A stretch of DNA of 64,000 nucleotides from Sulfurimonas sp. (GTDB lineage: Bacteria; Campylobacterota; Campylobacteria; Campylobacterales; Sulfurimonadaceae): the NCBI GenBank assembly GCA_013791885.1, contig VMSZ01000010.1, positions 5,869-69,868 of the forward strand, written 5' to 3'. Of this stretch, positions 47,785 through 58,096 are shown in pieces (the stretch's first letter is position 1; the number at the start of each line of letters is the position of its first letter). Made by a program: the position numbers and the translations under genes. The notes below the pieces were generated by a model. That model was not told the DNA's origin and did no database searches. It saw only the letters and a program-made list of their open reading frames with translations.

Positions 47785-48707
47785 AAATAGCGAATAATAT
47801 TACAGAACTTATAGGAAATACTCCACTTGTTAGACTTAACACTCCTTCGGAACTTACCGGTGCGACCATTTTGGGTAAGTGTGAGTTTATGAATCCAACG
47901 AGTTCCGTCAAAGACAGAATAGGGTTTAATATGATTAGACGAGCACAAGAGGCTGGAAAAATAACGCAGGAAACTACAATTATAGAACCGACAAGTGGTA
48001 ATACAGGGATAGCACTTGCAGCTAACTGCGCAGCACAAAATTTAAAACTTATATTAACTATGCCTGAATCTATGAGTGTAGAAAGACGCAATTTACTCAA
48101 AGCTTTAGGGGCAACGCTTGTTTTGACACCTGCAGCGCAAGGGATGAGCGGAGCAATAGCAAAAGCACAACAGCTTCAGCTCGAAACACCAAACAGTATT
48201 ATTCTACAACAATTTCAAAATAGCTCAAATCCTGAAATTCATACCTTAACAACTGCAAGAGAAATTTTGAATGACACAGACAAAAATGTAGATGCGTTTG
48301 TAGCAGCCGTAGGAACAGGAGGCACTTTAACTGGAACTTCCCGCGTTTTAAGAGAAGAAATAGCTCATATAGCTATTTTTGCAGTTGAACCTGAATCATC
48401 GGCTGTTTTATCCGGAGCAAACGCAGGTCCTCACATGATTCAGGGAATCGGAGCAGGATTTATACCAGACATTTTAGATACTTCTATTTATGGCGAAGTT
48501 ATTAAAGTAAGTAATGAGGATGCAATAAATACTGCAAAAATGTTAGCGAAGAAAGAGGGCTTGCTTGTAGGGATTTCTGCAGGTGCAAATGTTTGGGCAA
48601 CTATGCAGGTAGCTTCAAGACCGGAATTTCAAGGAAAAACTTTAGTGACTATCTTGTGTGATACCGGTGAGCGATATTTAAGCACAGCACTTTTTAGTGA
48701 AGCATAA
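47781..48707 (+). CDS. cysK: Cysteine synthase A (O-acetylserine sulfhydrylase)
   Basis: 308 aa. PLP lysine motif NPTSSVKDR and the GTGGT loop. Confidence 0.9.
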   Translation: MKIANNITELIGNTPLVRLNTPSELTGATILGKCEFMNPTSSVKDRIGFNMIRRAQEAGKITQETTIIEPTSGNTGIALAANCAAQNLKLILTMPESMSVERRNLLKALGATLVLTPAAQGMSGAIAKAQQLQLETPNSIILQQFQNSSNPEIHTLTTAREILNDTDKNVDAFVAAVGTGGTLTGTSRVLREEIAHIAIFAVEPESSAVLSGANAGPHMIQGIGAGFIPDILDTSIYGEVIKVSNEDAINTAKMLAKKEGLLVGISAGANVWATMQVASRPEFQGKTLVTILCDTGERYLSTALFSEA

Positions 48708-49287
48708 GTTTTTTGAGACTATCAAAGCACTTGATGGTCAAATTTTTCACTTGCGATACCATCAAGAACGCTACGAAAGTGTTTTAAAATCATTAGGTAT
48801 GACCGAGTTTAAAACACTCTTAGAATACCTACACCCTCCTCACAAAGGATTGTATAAATGCCGTGTAGTATATGATGAAAATTCTCTTGAAGTTAGCTAC
48901 TCTGAGTATGTAAAAAGAGATGTCAAAAAAGTTAAGCTTGTCTATGATGATTCCATAGAATATGCACAAAAAGCCATTAATAGAGAGAATATTGATGCTT
49001 TATTTGGACTAAGAGAGGGTTGTGATGATGTGCTTATTGTCAAAAATTCTTTCATTACAGATACCTCTATTGCTAATGTTGCATTTTACAAAGAAGGAAT
49101 TTGGTATACACCAAGAACACCTCTTTTGAACGGGACTACGAGAGCGAGACTTTTAGAGATGAAAAAAATAGTTGAAGCGGATATACGAGAAGCAGATTTA
49201 AAAAAATATACCGGGGTGGCTCTTTTGAATGCAATGATAGAATTCGATATAATTACGCAAGAAAACGCAGGGGAAATCATTTGTTAG
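48697..49287 (+). CDS. Class IV aminotransferase-fold protein (aminodeoxychorismate lyase-like)
   Basis: 196 aa. GTG start overlapping the cysK stop. HLRYHQERY and GTTRARLLE patterns resemble short PabC-like proteins. Confidence 0.55.
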   Translation: MKHKFFETIKALDGQIFHLRYHQERYESVLKSLGMTEFKTLLEYLHPPHKGLYKCRVVYDENSLEVSYSEYVKRDVKKVKLVYDDSIEYAQKAINRENIDALFGLREGCDDVLIVKNSFITDTSIANVAFYKEGIWYTPRTPLLNGTTRARLLEMKKIVEADIREADLKKYTGVALLNAMIEFDIITQENAGEIIC

Positions 49288-49739
49288 AAAATGTAATAGA
49301 GAATAAAAATTTTGCTTTAATGATGAAGAGACACATCGGGGAGTTGGTGGTTCATTTTTTTGAGCAGGAACAAAACTTTGGTATTTTGTGCAAGGTGGAT
49401 GATGTACAGTTTGAACCTGCTCTGCCTGAGAGTATAAAATCTGAATTTCGTTCTTTAACACTCTTCTTTTTAGCCGGTTATACTTTTGAAACAGCTCGTA
49501 TTGACGATGACTTTATTATCTTTGAAGCGGGCTTTGGTGCTGATAATTTTGGAAGTCTTGTGAGTGTGCCACTTCTTAGCATCATGCAGGTAATAGTAGA
49601 CGAAACACCGGTATTGATTAATTTGGCAAGATATATACATGAGCCGGTCGTGGAAAAAGAAGTTGATGAAAACGGAGTGAAAAACTCTATGGATGTATTT
49701 TTATCAAATCCGGAAAATTCCAAATTTTTAAAAAAGTAG
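49281..49739 (+). CDS. Hypothetical protein (possibly SspB-like adaptor fold)
   Basis: 152 aa. TTG start with AGGGGA SD. IIFEAGFGADNFGSLVSVPLLSIMQV resembles the SspB core. The function call is weak. Confidence 0.4.
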   Translation: MLENVIENKNFALMMKRHIGELVVHFFEQEQNFGILCKVDDVQFEPALPESIKSEFRSLTLFFLAGYTFETARIDDDFIIFEAGFGADNFGSLVSVPLLSIMQVIVDETPVLINLARYIHEPVVEKEVDENGVKNSMDVFLSNPENSKFLKK

Positions 49740-49747
49740 ACTTATCA

Positions 49748-49768
49748 TTGTCTCTCTGAGAGAGACAA
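49748..49768. terminator. Bidirectional stem-loop between convergent genes
   Basis: TTGTCTCTC-TGA-GAGAGACAA, a 9-bp perfect stem in the 31-nt gap between 49739 (+) and 49771 (-). Confidence 0.55.
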
Positions 49769-49770
49769 GA

Positions 49771-50673
49771 TTACACTTTGCTGAGTGAAAGCAGATAGTT
49801 AACTACATTGTCGACAAAAGCATCGTGCTTTTTCTCTTTGCTGTATGCGATATAGAGTTTTCTTTCAATTTTATAGTTTTTAAGTCTTGCTTCAAAAAGT
49901 TTTCCAGAGTTTACTTCCGACTCAATAACGTGGCGTGACATAATTGAAACAAGAGGTCTCGATGCATTTTTATCTGCATGGGTGATGGTCTCTTTGATTG
50001 AAGTAGGACTGCTTAAAACACCAATAACATTGAAATTACTGCATTGAACACCCATCTCCTCAAAAACTTCGGAAGTTAATTTTCTTGTATGTGAGTTTTC
50101 ATCACGACAGATCCAGTCAAACTCGAATAAGTCATCTGCGTTTAGGTGTTTTTTAAGTGGTTGATTTGAAAAAACAACAAGTTCATCTTCAACCCATTCT
50201 CTGTAAATAATACCTTCTCTGAAGACGGGTGATTCTATAAGAGCAATATCTACTTTCTTATCTTCAAGAGCATCTATCATGTCATTAGATAAACCTACAA
50301 GCATATACACTTCGTTATCAATGCGTTTTTTGATTTCACTAAGATAATTTGGAAGGATATAATTTCCGATTGAAAAAGATGCACCCATAACAAAAGTAAA
50401 CTCTTTGTTGATAATTTTTAAAAGTTCTTTTTCGCTGCTTGCAATAGCTTTGTCAAGTCTATTTGCTATTCTAAAGAGATCTTCGCCTTCTTTTGTAAGT
50501 AAAATCCCATTCTTCTTTCTTTCTACAATTCTGGTGTCAAGATAGTCTTCAATATATTTTATCTGTTGTGTGACTGCCGGTTGTGATATACCGAGCTTTG
50601 CTGAAGCCTTAGAAAAACTCTTCTCTTTGACGACCATTAAAAATGTTTGCAATTTTGCAAAATCTCTTAACAT
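49771..50673 (-). CDS. LysR-family transcriptional regulator
   Basis: 300 aa. N-terminal HTH FSKASAKLGISQPAVTQQIKYIE and a LysR substrate-binding region. Confidence 0.88.
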   Translation of the reverse strand: MLRDFAKLQTFLMVVKEKSFSKASAKLGISQPAVTQQIKYIEDYLDTRIVERKKNGILLTKEGEDLFRIANRLDKAIASSEKELLKIINKEFTFVMGASFSIGNYILPNYLSEIKKRIDNEVYMLVGLSNDMIDALEDKKVDIALIESPVFREGIIYREWVEDELVVFSNQPLKKHLNADDLFEFDWICRDENSHTRKLTSEVFEEMGVQCSNFNVIGVLSSPTSIKETITHADKNASRPLVSIMSRHVIESEVNSGKLFEARLKNYKIERKLYIAYSKEKKHDAFVDNVVNYLLSLSKV

Positions 50674-50810
50674 AATAATTCCTATAAGTAATTTTGATAA
50701 TAAAAGTATAACTCATAATTATAATTAATGCAATAGTTTTGTAATAATTTACCCCTTTTAGGTTATAATAAAAATACATTAGAAAAATATGAATGAAAAT
50801 AGTGGTTGCA

Positions 50811-52859
50811 ATGAAAAAAATATTTGATAAATTGAATGAATCTCAGGCTAAAGCAGTGCGCCAGACAGAGGGTCCTGTGCTCATCCTTGCAGGTGCCGGG
50901 AGCGGTAAAACGACTACGATAGTCTCACGACTTGCCTATCTCATAGAAGAGGTAGGAATCCCCGCTTCAAATACGCTGACATTGACATTTACGAATAAAG
51001 CAGCCAAAGAGATGCGAGAGCGTTCTCTTGCTATGATAGAAAAAAGTGCATATCCGCCGCTTCTATGTACTTTTCATAAATTCGGACTTTTGTTTTTAAA
51101 GTTTAACATTCATCTTTTAGGCCGTGAAAATAACTTTGTGGTTATAGACAGCGATGATAAGAAAAAAATTATAAAAAAAATAAACGCAGAACTTCCGACT
51201 CCTCTTGTTGCGAGTGAGATATCCAGATACAAAAACTCACTTCTTTCTCCTGATGATGCTTATAAGCAGGCAGAGCTTTATAATTACCAGCAAATAGCAA
51301 AAGTATATGAAGAGTATGAAGCTTATTTGAATGAAAATAATCTGGTAGATTTTGATGACCTGATTGCGCTTACTTACAAACTTCTCAAAGAAAATCCGGC
51401 TCTTGCAGAACAAACTTCACTAAAATATCAGTACATCATGGTAGATGAATATCAAGATACAAATGAGTTGCAGCTCAAACTTGTGCAAATGCTTTGTTTA
51501 AAACATAATAATCTTTGTGTCGTCGGGGATGACGACCAGAGCATTTATGGATGGCGTGGTGCTCACATCAGAAATATTATGGAGTTTGACAAAGACTTTG
51601 CAGGGACGTCTGTTTTTAAACTTGAAGAAAATTATCGTTCACGGGAACCTATTTTAAAAGTTGCAAACGCACTGATAGAACATAACCGCTCGCGTTTAGG
51701 TAAAACTCTTATTGCAACGCGCGGAAACGGCGATGATGTTGCCATTCTTAATTCAAGTGATGAAAACGAAGAGGCAAGAAAAATAGCTTCAAATATCAAC
51801 AGACTTTTAAGCAGCGGCATAAGCGCAAATGATATTGCGATACTTTACCGTGTTAACGTTTTAAGCCGCTCAATAGAAGAGGGGCTGAACCGTGCGGGCA
51901 TTGCCTATAAGCTAGTGGGTGGATTGCGTTTCTATGACCGTTCTGAAGTAAAAGATTTGATTTCTTATCTGAGAGTCATAACTAATCATCATGACGATTT
52001 TTCTTTTAAACGCATAGTCAACAAGCCAAAACGCGGACTTGGAAAAGCAAGTGTCGATAAACTTGAACTTGCTGCTCATGCAAATGGTACTTCAATGTAT
52101 GAGTTTATAAAACATGCTTCATTGGAAGAACTGGAGAATGTAGTCAGAAAGAAAAATGCACAAACGCTCAAAGAGTTTTTACAAAATATTGAGGATGCCG
52201 CACGTGTGGCTTCTGAGTCAACATATGATTTTATTGATATGCTTGAAGAGACTTTTGAGTTGAAAAAGATTTATGCAGGTTTACAGGATGAAGCAGAGAG
52301 AATTCTCAATATGGATGAGTTTTATGGGCTTCTTCGTGATTTTGTGAAAAATGCACCAGAGGCAGGTATAGACGAATTTTTAAATGAACTGACACTCCAA
52401 AGTGAACAAGATCAGGTTGAAGGCGAGAGCATCTATATGATGAGTATCCATGCTTCAAAGGGCTTAGAGTTTAACCATGTCTTTATTATTGGACTTGAAG
52501 AAGGGTTCTTACCTTTAGTCGGTGATGGAAGTGATTTGGAAGAGGAACGCCGTTTGGGGTATGTCTCTTTTACGAGAGCCAAAGATACATTGACTCTCTC
52601 TCATGTTGATAGCAGATTTTACAAGGGCCGGAGAAGCGAATTGCAAAAAAGCCGCTTTTTCAATGAAGCAGGTCTTTGTGCAGGCTCACTTATAGTAGAG
52701 AAAAATACTGCGTTTAAAAAAGGTGATTTAGTACGTCACAAAATTTTTGGAACAGGCAGAGTTACAGGAATAGGTAAATCTGGACGTGAGTTCAAACTCA
52801 AAATAAACTTCGCGGGGACTACGCGGGACATATTGGCATCTTTTGTAGAGAGACTATGA
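50811..52859 (+). CDS. UvrD/PcrA/Rep-family DNA helicase
   Basis: LNESQAKAV, Walker A AGAGSGKTT, DEYQDT box. The start could instead be the upstream ATG at 50793. Confidence 0.88.
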   Translation: MKKIFDKLNESQAKAVRQTEGPVLILAGAGSGKTTTIVSRLAYLIEEVGIPASNTLTLTFTNKAAKEMRERSLAMIEKSAYPPLLCTFHKFGLLFLKFNIHLLGRENNFVVIDSDDKKKIIKKINAELPTPLVASEISRYKNSLLSPDDAYKQAELYNYQQIAKVYEEYEAYLNENNLVDFDDLIALTYKLLKENPALAEQTSLKYQYIMVDEYQDTNELQLKLVQMLCLKHNNLCVVGDDDQSIYGWRGAHIRNIMEFDKDFAGTSVFKLEENYRSREPILKVANALIEHNRSRLGKTLIATRGNGDDVAILNSSDENEEARKIASNINRLLSSGISANDIAILYRVNVLSRSIEEGLNRAGIAYKLVGGLRFYDRSEVKDLISYLRVITNHHDDFSFKRIVNKPKRGLGKASVDKLELAAHANGTSMYEFIKHASLEELENVVRKKNAQTLKEFLQNIEDAARVASESTYDFIDMLEETFELKKIYAGLQDEAERILNMDEFYGLLRDFVKNAPEAGIDEFLNELTLQSEQDQVEGESIYMMSIHASKGLEFNHVFIIGLEEGFLPLVGDGSDLEEERRLGYVSFTRAKDTLTLSHVDSRFYKGRRSELQKSRFFNEAGLCAGSLIVEKNTAFKKGDLVRHKIFGTGRVTGIGKSGREFKLKINFAGTTRDILASFVERL

Positions 52860-53686
52860 ATCGTCTGTTCGTCGCATACAAGCCTTCTGGCATAGGTTCC
52901 AACCTTTTTTTAAGTCGTCTTAAACGCAAGTACAACAATAAAAAGGCTGGTTTTTCGGGGACACTTGATCCTTTTGCTAAAGGTGTCCTAATCATCGGTA
53001 TGGGTTCGCATACAAAACTCTTTCGTTTTTTAAATAAAACGCCAAAGAAATACAGAGCAACTCTCTGGTTGGGTGCTAAAAGCGACTCGCTGGATATAGA
53101 AATGATAGAGCAAGTTGAGATACTTGCTGAGTTGTCGTATGATGAGGTTTCGAGAGCTGTCAAATCGCTTGAAGGTGAACTTGAATATGAACCGCCGATT
53201 TTTTCTGCAAAACAGATTAACGGGCAACGCGCGTATGATTTGGCCCGTGCAGGCAAAGAAGTTGTGCTAAATAAAATACAATCAACTATCTATGAAACGC
53301 AGCTCCTTCACTATTGTCATCCTTTTGTAACCTTTGAAGCAACTGTCTCTGAGGGCACTTACATACGTTCGTTGGGCAAGATGATAGCAACAAAGCTTGG
53401 GGTAGACAATGGAAGTTTAAGCGCCTTAGAGAGACTTAATGAAGGGCAGTTTTATTATGATGGTGAAAAAGTTTTAGATATTAAAAAGTCTCTCAATATT
53501 CCGCTTAATAAATATCTTGGCGACGTAGAAAATCTCAAATATGGAAGAGTTCTTGCTTTGGAAGATTTAGAGAATCAGAGTGATGGCTATTATTGGCTGG
53601 ACAATGGTGACAATATTTCTATTATTAAAATAGAAAATGAAACTGTTACATATGAACTAGGTAGGATTTATGTTAGTACTTGCTAG
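52856..53686 (+). CDS. truB: tRNA pseudouridine(55) synthase
   Basis: 276 aa. GFSGTLDPFAKGVL catalytic Asp motif. ATGA overlap with the helicase gene. Confidence 0.9.
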   Translation: MNRLFVAYKPSGIGSNLFLSRLKRKYNNKKAGFSGTLDPFAKGVLIIGMGSHTKLFRFLNKTPKKYRATLWLGAKSDSLDIEMIEQVEILAELSYDEVSRAVKSLEGELEYEPPIFSAKQINGQRAYDLARAGKEVVLNKIQSTIYETQLLHYCHPFVTFEATVSEGTYIRSLGKMIATKLGVDNGSLSALERLNEGQFYYDGEKVLDIKKSLNIPLNKYLGDVENLKYGRVLALEDLENQSDGYYWLDNGDNISIIKIENETVTYELGRIYVSTC

Positions 53687-53900
53687 AAAATTGGATGAAT
53701 CCATAGTTGTTGGAGAGGATATAATCATTAAAGTTATATCGATTGACAAAGGCGTAGTTAAACTTGGTATTGAAGCACCATCAAGTATCTCAATCATGAG
53801 AAGTGAGCTTTTACAAGATGTAAAAGATGCGAATATAGCAGCTTCAAAAGAAGTTAGCACTGAAAACTTAACTCTGTTGAGTAAAATATTAAAAAAATAA
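53670..53900 (+). CDS. csrA: Carbon storage regulator CsrA
   Basis: 76 aa. MLVLARKLDESIVVGEDI...GIEAPSSISIMRSEL. Confidence 0.92.
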   Translation: MLVLARKLDESIVVGEDIIIKVISIDKGVVKLGIEAPSSISIMRSELLQDVKDANIAASKEVSTENLTLLSKILKK

Positions 53901-53910
53901 GAGAAAGTAA

Positions 53911-54687
53911 ATGAAGATTTACAAGGCATATGCAAAAGTAAATATTTTTTTAAAGATAACAGGCATGAGAGGTGAGTATCATGAGATACTTTCAAGGTTC
54001 ATGCGTGTGCAAAATCTGTATGATGAACTTTGTTTTGTGCCAAAGAGAAGTGAGAAGTTTGAAATTATCGGTGACTTCTCGTGTACTACAGAGCAAAATA
54101 CAATTTATAAAGCATACGAAGCGCTTCAGTCTGCAGTGAAATCAGAGTCCCTTGAAAAACTGATGCGTACACACGGGGTTGATGTTAAAAAAAGTATTCC
54201 TGCCTTTGCCGGGCTCGGCGGTGGCAGCAGTGATGCTGCGACGTATCTCAAAATGTGTAACGAAGTACTTCATTTAGGTTTGAGTTTAAATGAATTGGCT
54301 CGTATCGGTCTCAAAGTTGGCGCGGATGTTCCGTTTTTTATTTACGGGTATGATAGTGCCAATGTGAGCGGAATTGGGGAAATAGTAGAAGAGTTCAAGG
54401 AAGATTTGCTTGAACTTGAAACCTTTACTCCAAAAATCGAAATAAGTACTCCTAAGGTTTATAAATCTTATAGAGAAAATTTTTATGCACCACTTGGCGC
54501 AGATAAAATCAGAGAGTTTAAAAACGCAAAGTCAGCAGATATTTTGAAAAATCTCTCTGCATCTGAGGCAAATGATTTGTTTGCTCCTGCGTTGCAAGAG
54601 TATAAAGAACTCAAAGAGCACTATCAATATGAGTGGCATTTTAGTGGAAGCGGAAGCAGTTTTTTTAAAGTGAAGGAAGAGAAATAA
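53911..54687 (+). CDS. ispE: 4-diphosphocytidyl-2-C-methyl-D-erythritol kinase
   Basis: 258 aa. KVNIFLKI N-terminus and GHMP motif [10 protein letters not shown]. Confidence 0.88.
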   Translation: MKIYKAYAKVNIFLKITGMRGEYHEILSRFMRVQNLYDELCFVPKRSEKFEIIGDFSCTTEQNTIYKAYEALQSAVKSESLEKLMRTHGVDVKKSIPAFAGLGGGSSDAATYLKMCNEVLHLGLSLNELARIGLKVGADVPFFIYGYDSANVSGIGEIVEEFKEDLLELETFTPKIEISTPKVYKSYRENFYAPLGADKIREFKNAKSADILKNLSASEANDLFAPALQEYKELKEHYQYEWHFSGSGSSFFKVKEEK

Positions 54688-55139
54688 TGGGTGAAACAAT
54701 TGCAAAAAATAAAAAAGCCTATTTTGATTATTTTTTAGAAGAAAAGTTTGAAGCCGGTTTGGTTTTAAAGGGAAGTGAAGTCAAGGCTATTCGTGCGCAT
54801 AAAGTAAACCTCAAAGACAGCTTTATCCGTTTTGTGGGAAATGAAGCCTTTTTATTTAACGCGCATATAGGACGATTGGAAACTACACACCATTTTTATA
54901 CACATGAAGAGCGAGGAAGCAGAAAGCTTTTACTGCATAAAAAACAGATAGAAAAGATGCTTAAAGCCGTCAACAGAGACGGCTACACAGTTGTGCCTCT
55001 GCAACTCTATTTTAACGATAGAAATATCATTAAAATCCAGATTGCCATAGCAAAAGGAAAACAACTTCATGATAAGCGCCAAGACCTTAAAGAAAAAGAT
55101 ATGAAACGTGATATCGAGCGTTCGATGAAAGGGGAATAA
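54687..55139 (+). CDS. smpB: SsrA-binding protein
   Basis: 150 aa. [31 protein letters not shown] overlap with ispE. Confidence 0.93.
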   Translation: MGETIAKNKKAYFDYFLEEKFEAGLVLKGSEVKAIRAHKVNLKDSFIRFVGNEAFLFNAHIGRLETTHHFYTHEERGSRKLLLHKKQIEKMLKAVNRDGYTVVPLQLYFNDRNIIKIQIAIAKGKQLHDKRQDLKEKDMKRDIERSMKGE

Positions 55140-56005
55140 TGAAATTTTTTGTCTTATTTGTCTTTCTGGTGCAGGGACTATTGGCTTTAGAATATGATGT
55201 GGCAGATGTATCTGTAGCGAATGGAAAAACGACAGTTATCACCTTTGCAAAAGAAAAAGGTGTAAGTTATGATAAGGTGACTCACGGAGAGGGAAGTTAC
55301 AAAATATTTGAACATCCTTTGGATAAAACAAAGATGTATGCGTTACTGCCGATGAGCTATTATCAAACACCATCAAATGAGAAACTTCAGATTCATTATA
55401 AACAAAATGGCATGAATGAAACGCAGGAGGTAACACTTAAAGTTAAAGACGGCAACTATGCCAAAGAACAGATACAAGTTTCTAATGAGAAAGTGAACCC
55501 TACAAGCAAAGCAGTCAAAGACCGCATTTCAAAAGAGTATAATGCAGCTATGAAAGTTTATGGAACTGTGCATAATGAGAGCTATATCAGTTCCGCGTTT
55601 ATTGCTCCGCTTGAGAGTAAGATTACCAGTGATTTTGGTAAGGCAAGAGTCTATAATGATTCACTCAAAGGATATCACAGCGGAACAGACTATCGTGCAG
55701 ATGTCGGCACTCCGATTATTGCAAGCAATGATGGAGTTGTTGCTCTTGTCGAGAAACGTTTTTATTCGGGAGGAACGGTACTCGTTGACCACGGACAAGG
55801 TATTTATACCTGCTATTTTCATATGAGTAAATTCAATGTTAAAAAAGGTCAAAAGGTTAAAAAGGCGCAGCTTTTAGGACTCTCTGGTGCAAGCGGAAGA
55901 GTGACTGGTCCACACCTTCATTTTGCTGTGAGAATAAACAAAGTGCAAGTGGATCCGCTACAATTTATAGAACTCATGAACAACAAATTACTTAAGGAAA
56001 TTTAA
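55139..56005 (+). CDS. M23-family peptidoglycan metalloendopeptidase
   Basis: 288 aa. Signal peptide plus HSGTDY and GPHLHF zinc motifs. Confidence 0.88.
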   Translation: MKFFVLFVFLVQGLLALEYDVADVSVANGKTTVITFAKEKGVSYDKVTHGEGSYKIFEHPLDKTKMYALLPMSYYQTPSNEKLQIHYKQNGMNETQEVTLKVKDGNYAKEQIQVSNEKVNPTSKAVKDRISKEYNAAMKVYGTVHNESYISSAFIAPLESKITSDFGKARVYNDSLKGYHSGTDYRADVGTPIIASNDGVVALVEKRFYSGGTVLVDHGQGIYTCYFHMSKFNVKKGQKVKKAQLLGLSGASGRVTGPHLHFAVRINKVQVDPLQFIELMNNKLLKEI

Positions 56006-56604
56006 TGACACTTTTTCAAATTATCATGCTAGCTGCTTCGGGATATTTCGCGTTTAAAATTTATGAACATATTCAAACACTGAAGGATGTTAATTCAGAC
56101 GAGGAAGCATCGATGGAAGATGCGCCAAGAACAGCAGAAGCATTTTCTACTTTTTCTCCGGAATCTCTCATTCAAAGAGCAGATGAAGCCTTTGAAAACG
56201 ACGACAAAGAAAAAGCCTTGGCACTTCTGATAGAAGCAAACGCAAAGGATGCGAACAATGAAGATACACTCTTTAAAATAGCCTATATTTTAGGAGAGCA
56301 GGGCAATTTTGATGAGGCATTGGAATATTATAATGAAGCCTTGGAAATTGATGAACAAAATGAGTTTGTACATAATGCAATGGCTTCTATTTACAGACAA
56401 AAAGAAGAGTATGCTTCTGCAAAGATGCACTTAAACGCATCTTTAGAAATTGATAATACAAACCCTGTGACATATTACAATTTTGGAAATCTTTTAGTAG
56501 ATATGCATAAAAAAGAAGAAGCCATTAAAATGTATGAAAAAGCTCTTGAACTGCAGCCTGATTTTATCGAAGTGACACAAGAGTTGGAAAAATTGAGGGA
56601 CTAA
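56005..56604 (+). CDS. TPR-repeat membrane-anchored protein
   Basis: 199 aa. N-terminal TM helix and 3-4 TPR repeats (ALEYYNEALEID, AIKMYEKALELQP). Confidence 0.75.
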   Translation: MTLFQIIMLAASGYFAFKIYEHIQTLKDVNSDEEASMEDAPRTAEAFSTFSPESLIQRADEAFENDDKEKALALLIEANAKDANNEDTLFKIAYILGEQGNFDEALEYYNEALEIDEQNEFVHNAMASIYRQKEEYASAKMHLNASLEIDNTNPVTYYNFGNLLVDMHKKEEAIKMYEKALELQPDFIEVTQELEKLRD

Positions 56605-56607
56605 AAG

Positions 56608-57330
56608 ATGAAAATTTCTGAGATTTATAAACAGCTTAATGAACTTTCGCCTTTCGAACTTCAAGAGTCATGGGACAATTCAGGTCTTTTACTCGGTGAT
56701 TTTTCGCAAGAGGTTAAAAGAGTTGTGTTAAGTATTGATGTTGATGAAGTCTTAATTGAATCAATTGAAAATGATACGCTTTTGATTACTCACCATCCGA
56801 TTATTTTTGGAGGACTGAAGCAGTTGGAATTTAGCAAATATCCTGCAAATCTTATTCAAAAAATGATTAAAAAAAATATCTCTAATATTGCAATGCATAC
56901 GAATTTTGATCAAACACATCTGAATGAATATGTGGCAAATGAAATTTTAGGGTATAAAATAATTAAAAAAGACGGTTTTGTAGCAACCTTGGAAATAAAT
57001 GAAGATTTTATCACCTTTGCCAAGAAAGTATCTGCTGCGTTTGGGCTGGCACATGCAAGGTGTGTCAAATGCAACGATTATGTAAAAACGGCAGCGCTTA
57101 CAACCGGTTCAGGATGTTCTCTTATGCGTTCCATTGAAGCAGATTGTTTTTTAACAGGTGATGTCAAATACCATGACGCAATGGAAGCAAAAAGTATCAA
57201 TTTGTCATTAATAGACATAGGTCATTATGAAAGTGAACGCTTTTTTTCACAAATTTTAGCAAAGCATTTGAAAAATTTAGGTTTAGAAGTTATAATTTCA
57301 TCATCAGAAAATCCATTTACTTATATTTAG
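56608..57330 (+). CDS. Nif3-like dinuclear metal centre protein
   Basis: 240 aa. SWDNSGLLLG, ITHHP and HYESE motifs of the NIF3/YbgI family. Confidence 0.85.
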   Translation: MKISEIYKQLNELSPFELQESWDNSGLLLGDFSQEVKRVVLSIDVDEVLIESIENDTLLITHHPIIFGGLKQLEFSKYPANLIQKMIKKNISNIAMHTNFDQTHLNEYVANEILGYKIIKKDGFVATLEINEDFITFAKKVSAAFGLAHARCVKCNDYVKTAALTTGSGCSLMRSIEADCFLTGDVKYHDAMEAKSINLSLIDIGHYESERFFSQILAKHLKNLGLEVIISSSENPFTYI

Positions 57331-57378
57331 TCACTTTATAGTAAAAACGGTAAACTCGAGAAACCCCAAAGGAGTCCA

Positions 57379-58092
57379 ATGAACAAGCACCTTAAACAAC
57401 TAATAGACCTTTCAATAGTAGATAAAGAAATTGATGCTTTTGAACCTCAGATTGAAGAGGCTAACTATAGTTACGAAGCAGCACTAGCAAAAACTCAGAG
57501 CATAAACTCAGATATTGAGAACTTAACGCAAGAGATTAAAATAGAAGAAGTTAAAAAAGCAAAAAATGAGCTTCATCTTAAAGAATTGTCACAAAAACTT
57601 GAAGAAAACGCAAAAAAAAGTTCTGAAATAAAAACTGAACGTGAAATGAAATCTCTTCAACTTGAAGAAGAGATAGCGAAAGAGCAGGTTACTTTCGCGA
57701 ACGAAGAAATTGAGAGACTTGAGAAAATTATAGAGTCTAAAAAATCACAAGTGCAAACTGCAAAAGTCACACTTGATGAACTCAATACAAAATTAGAATC
57801 TGTAAAAGCGGATGTTGATGCAAAATTAGAAGTTATTAATGAAGCAAGACAAAAGGTGTTTGTTGAAAAAGAAAAACTTCTTGGTGAAGTAAATCAAAAA
57901 GGTTTAGCGTTTTACCAAAAAATTCGTCGCTGGGCAAAAAATTCGACAGTTGTTGAAGTTGAAGATCAAGCATGTATGGGCTGTCATATGCTGATCAGCG
58001 ATAAAGTGTATGCTGATGTTATCAAAGGTGATGAAATCAACACGTGCCCACACTGTGGCCGTATCCTCTATATGAAAGCTAGCGAAGAATAG
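57379..58092 (+). CDS. Coiled-coil protein with C-terminal C4 zinc ribbon (COG1579-like)
   Basis: 237 aa. Long coiled coil and CMGCH...CPHCGRILY. Confidence 0.75.
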   Translation: MNKHLKQLIDLSIVDKEIDAFEPQIEEANYSYEAALAKTQSINSDIENLTQEIKIEEVKKAKNELHLKELSQKLEENAKKSSEIKTEREMKSLQLEEEIAKEQVTFANEEIERLEKIIESKKSQVQTAKVTLDELNTKLESVKADVDAKLEVINEARQKVFVEKEKLLGEVNQKGLAFYQKIRRWAKNSTVVEVEDQACMGCHMLISDKVYADVIKGDEINTCPHCGRILYMKASEE

Positions 58093-58096
58093 GGCC

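Noticed and set aside
53670-53900. csrA overlapping truB by 17 nt and sharing the window with fliW, as something unusual
   Set aside because: The truB/csrA/ispE/smpB clustering and the CsrA-FliW partnership are established features of Campylobacterota. Overlapping starts are the norm throughout this operon (TAATG and ATGA junctions).
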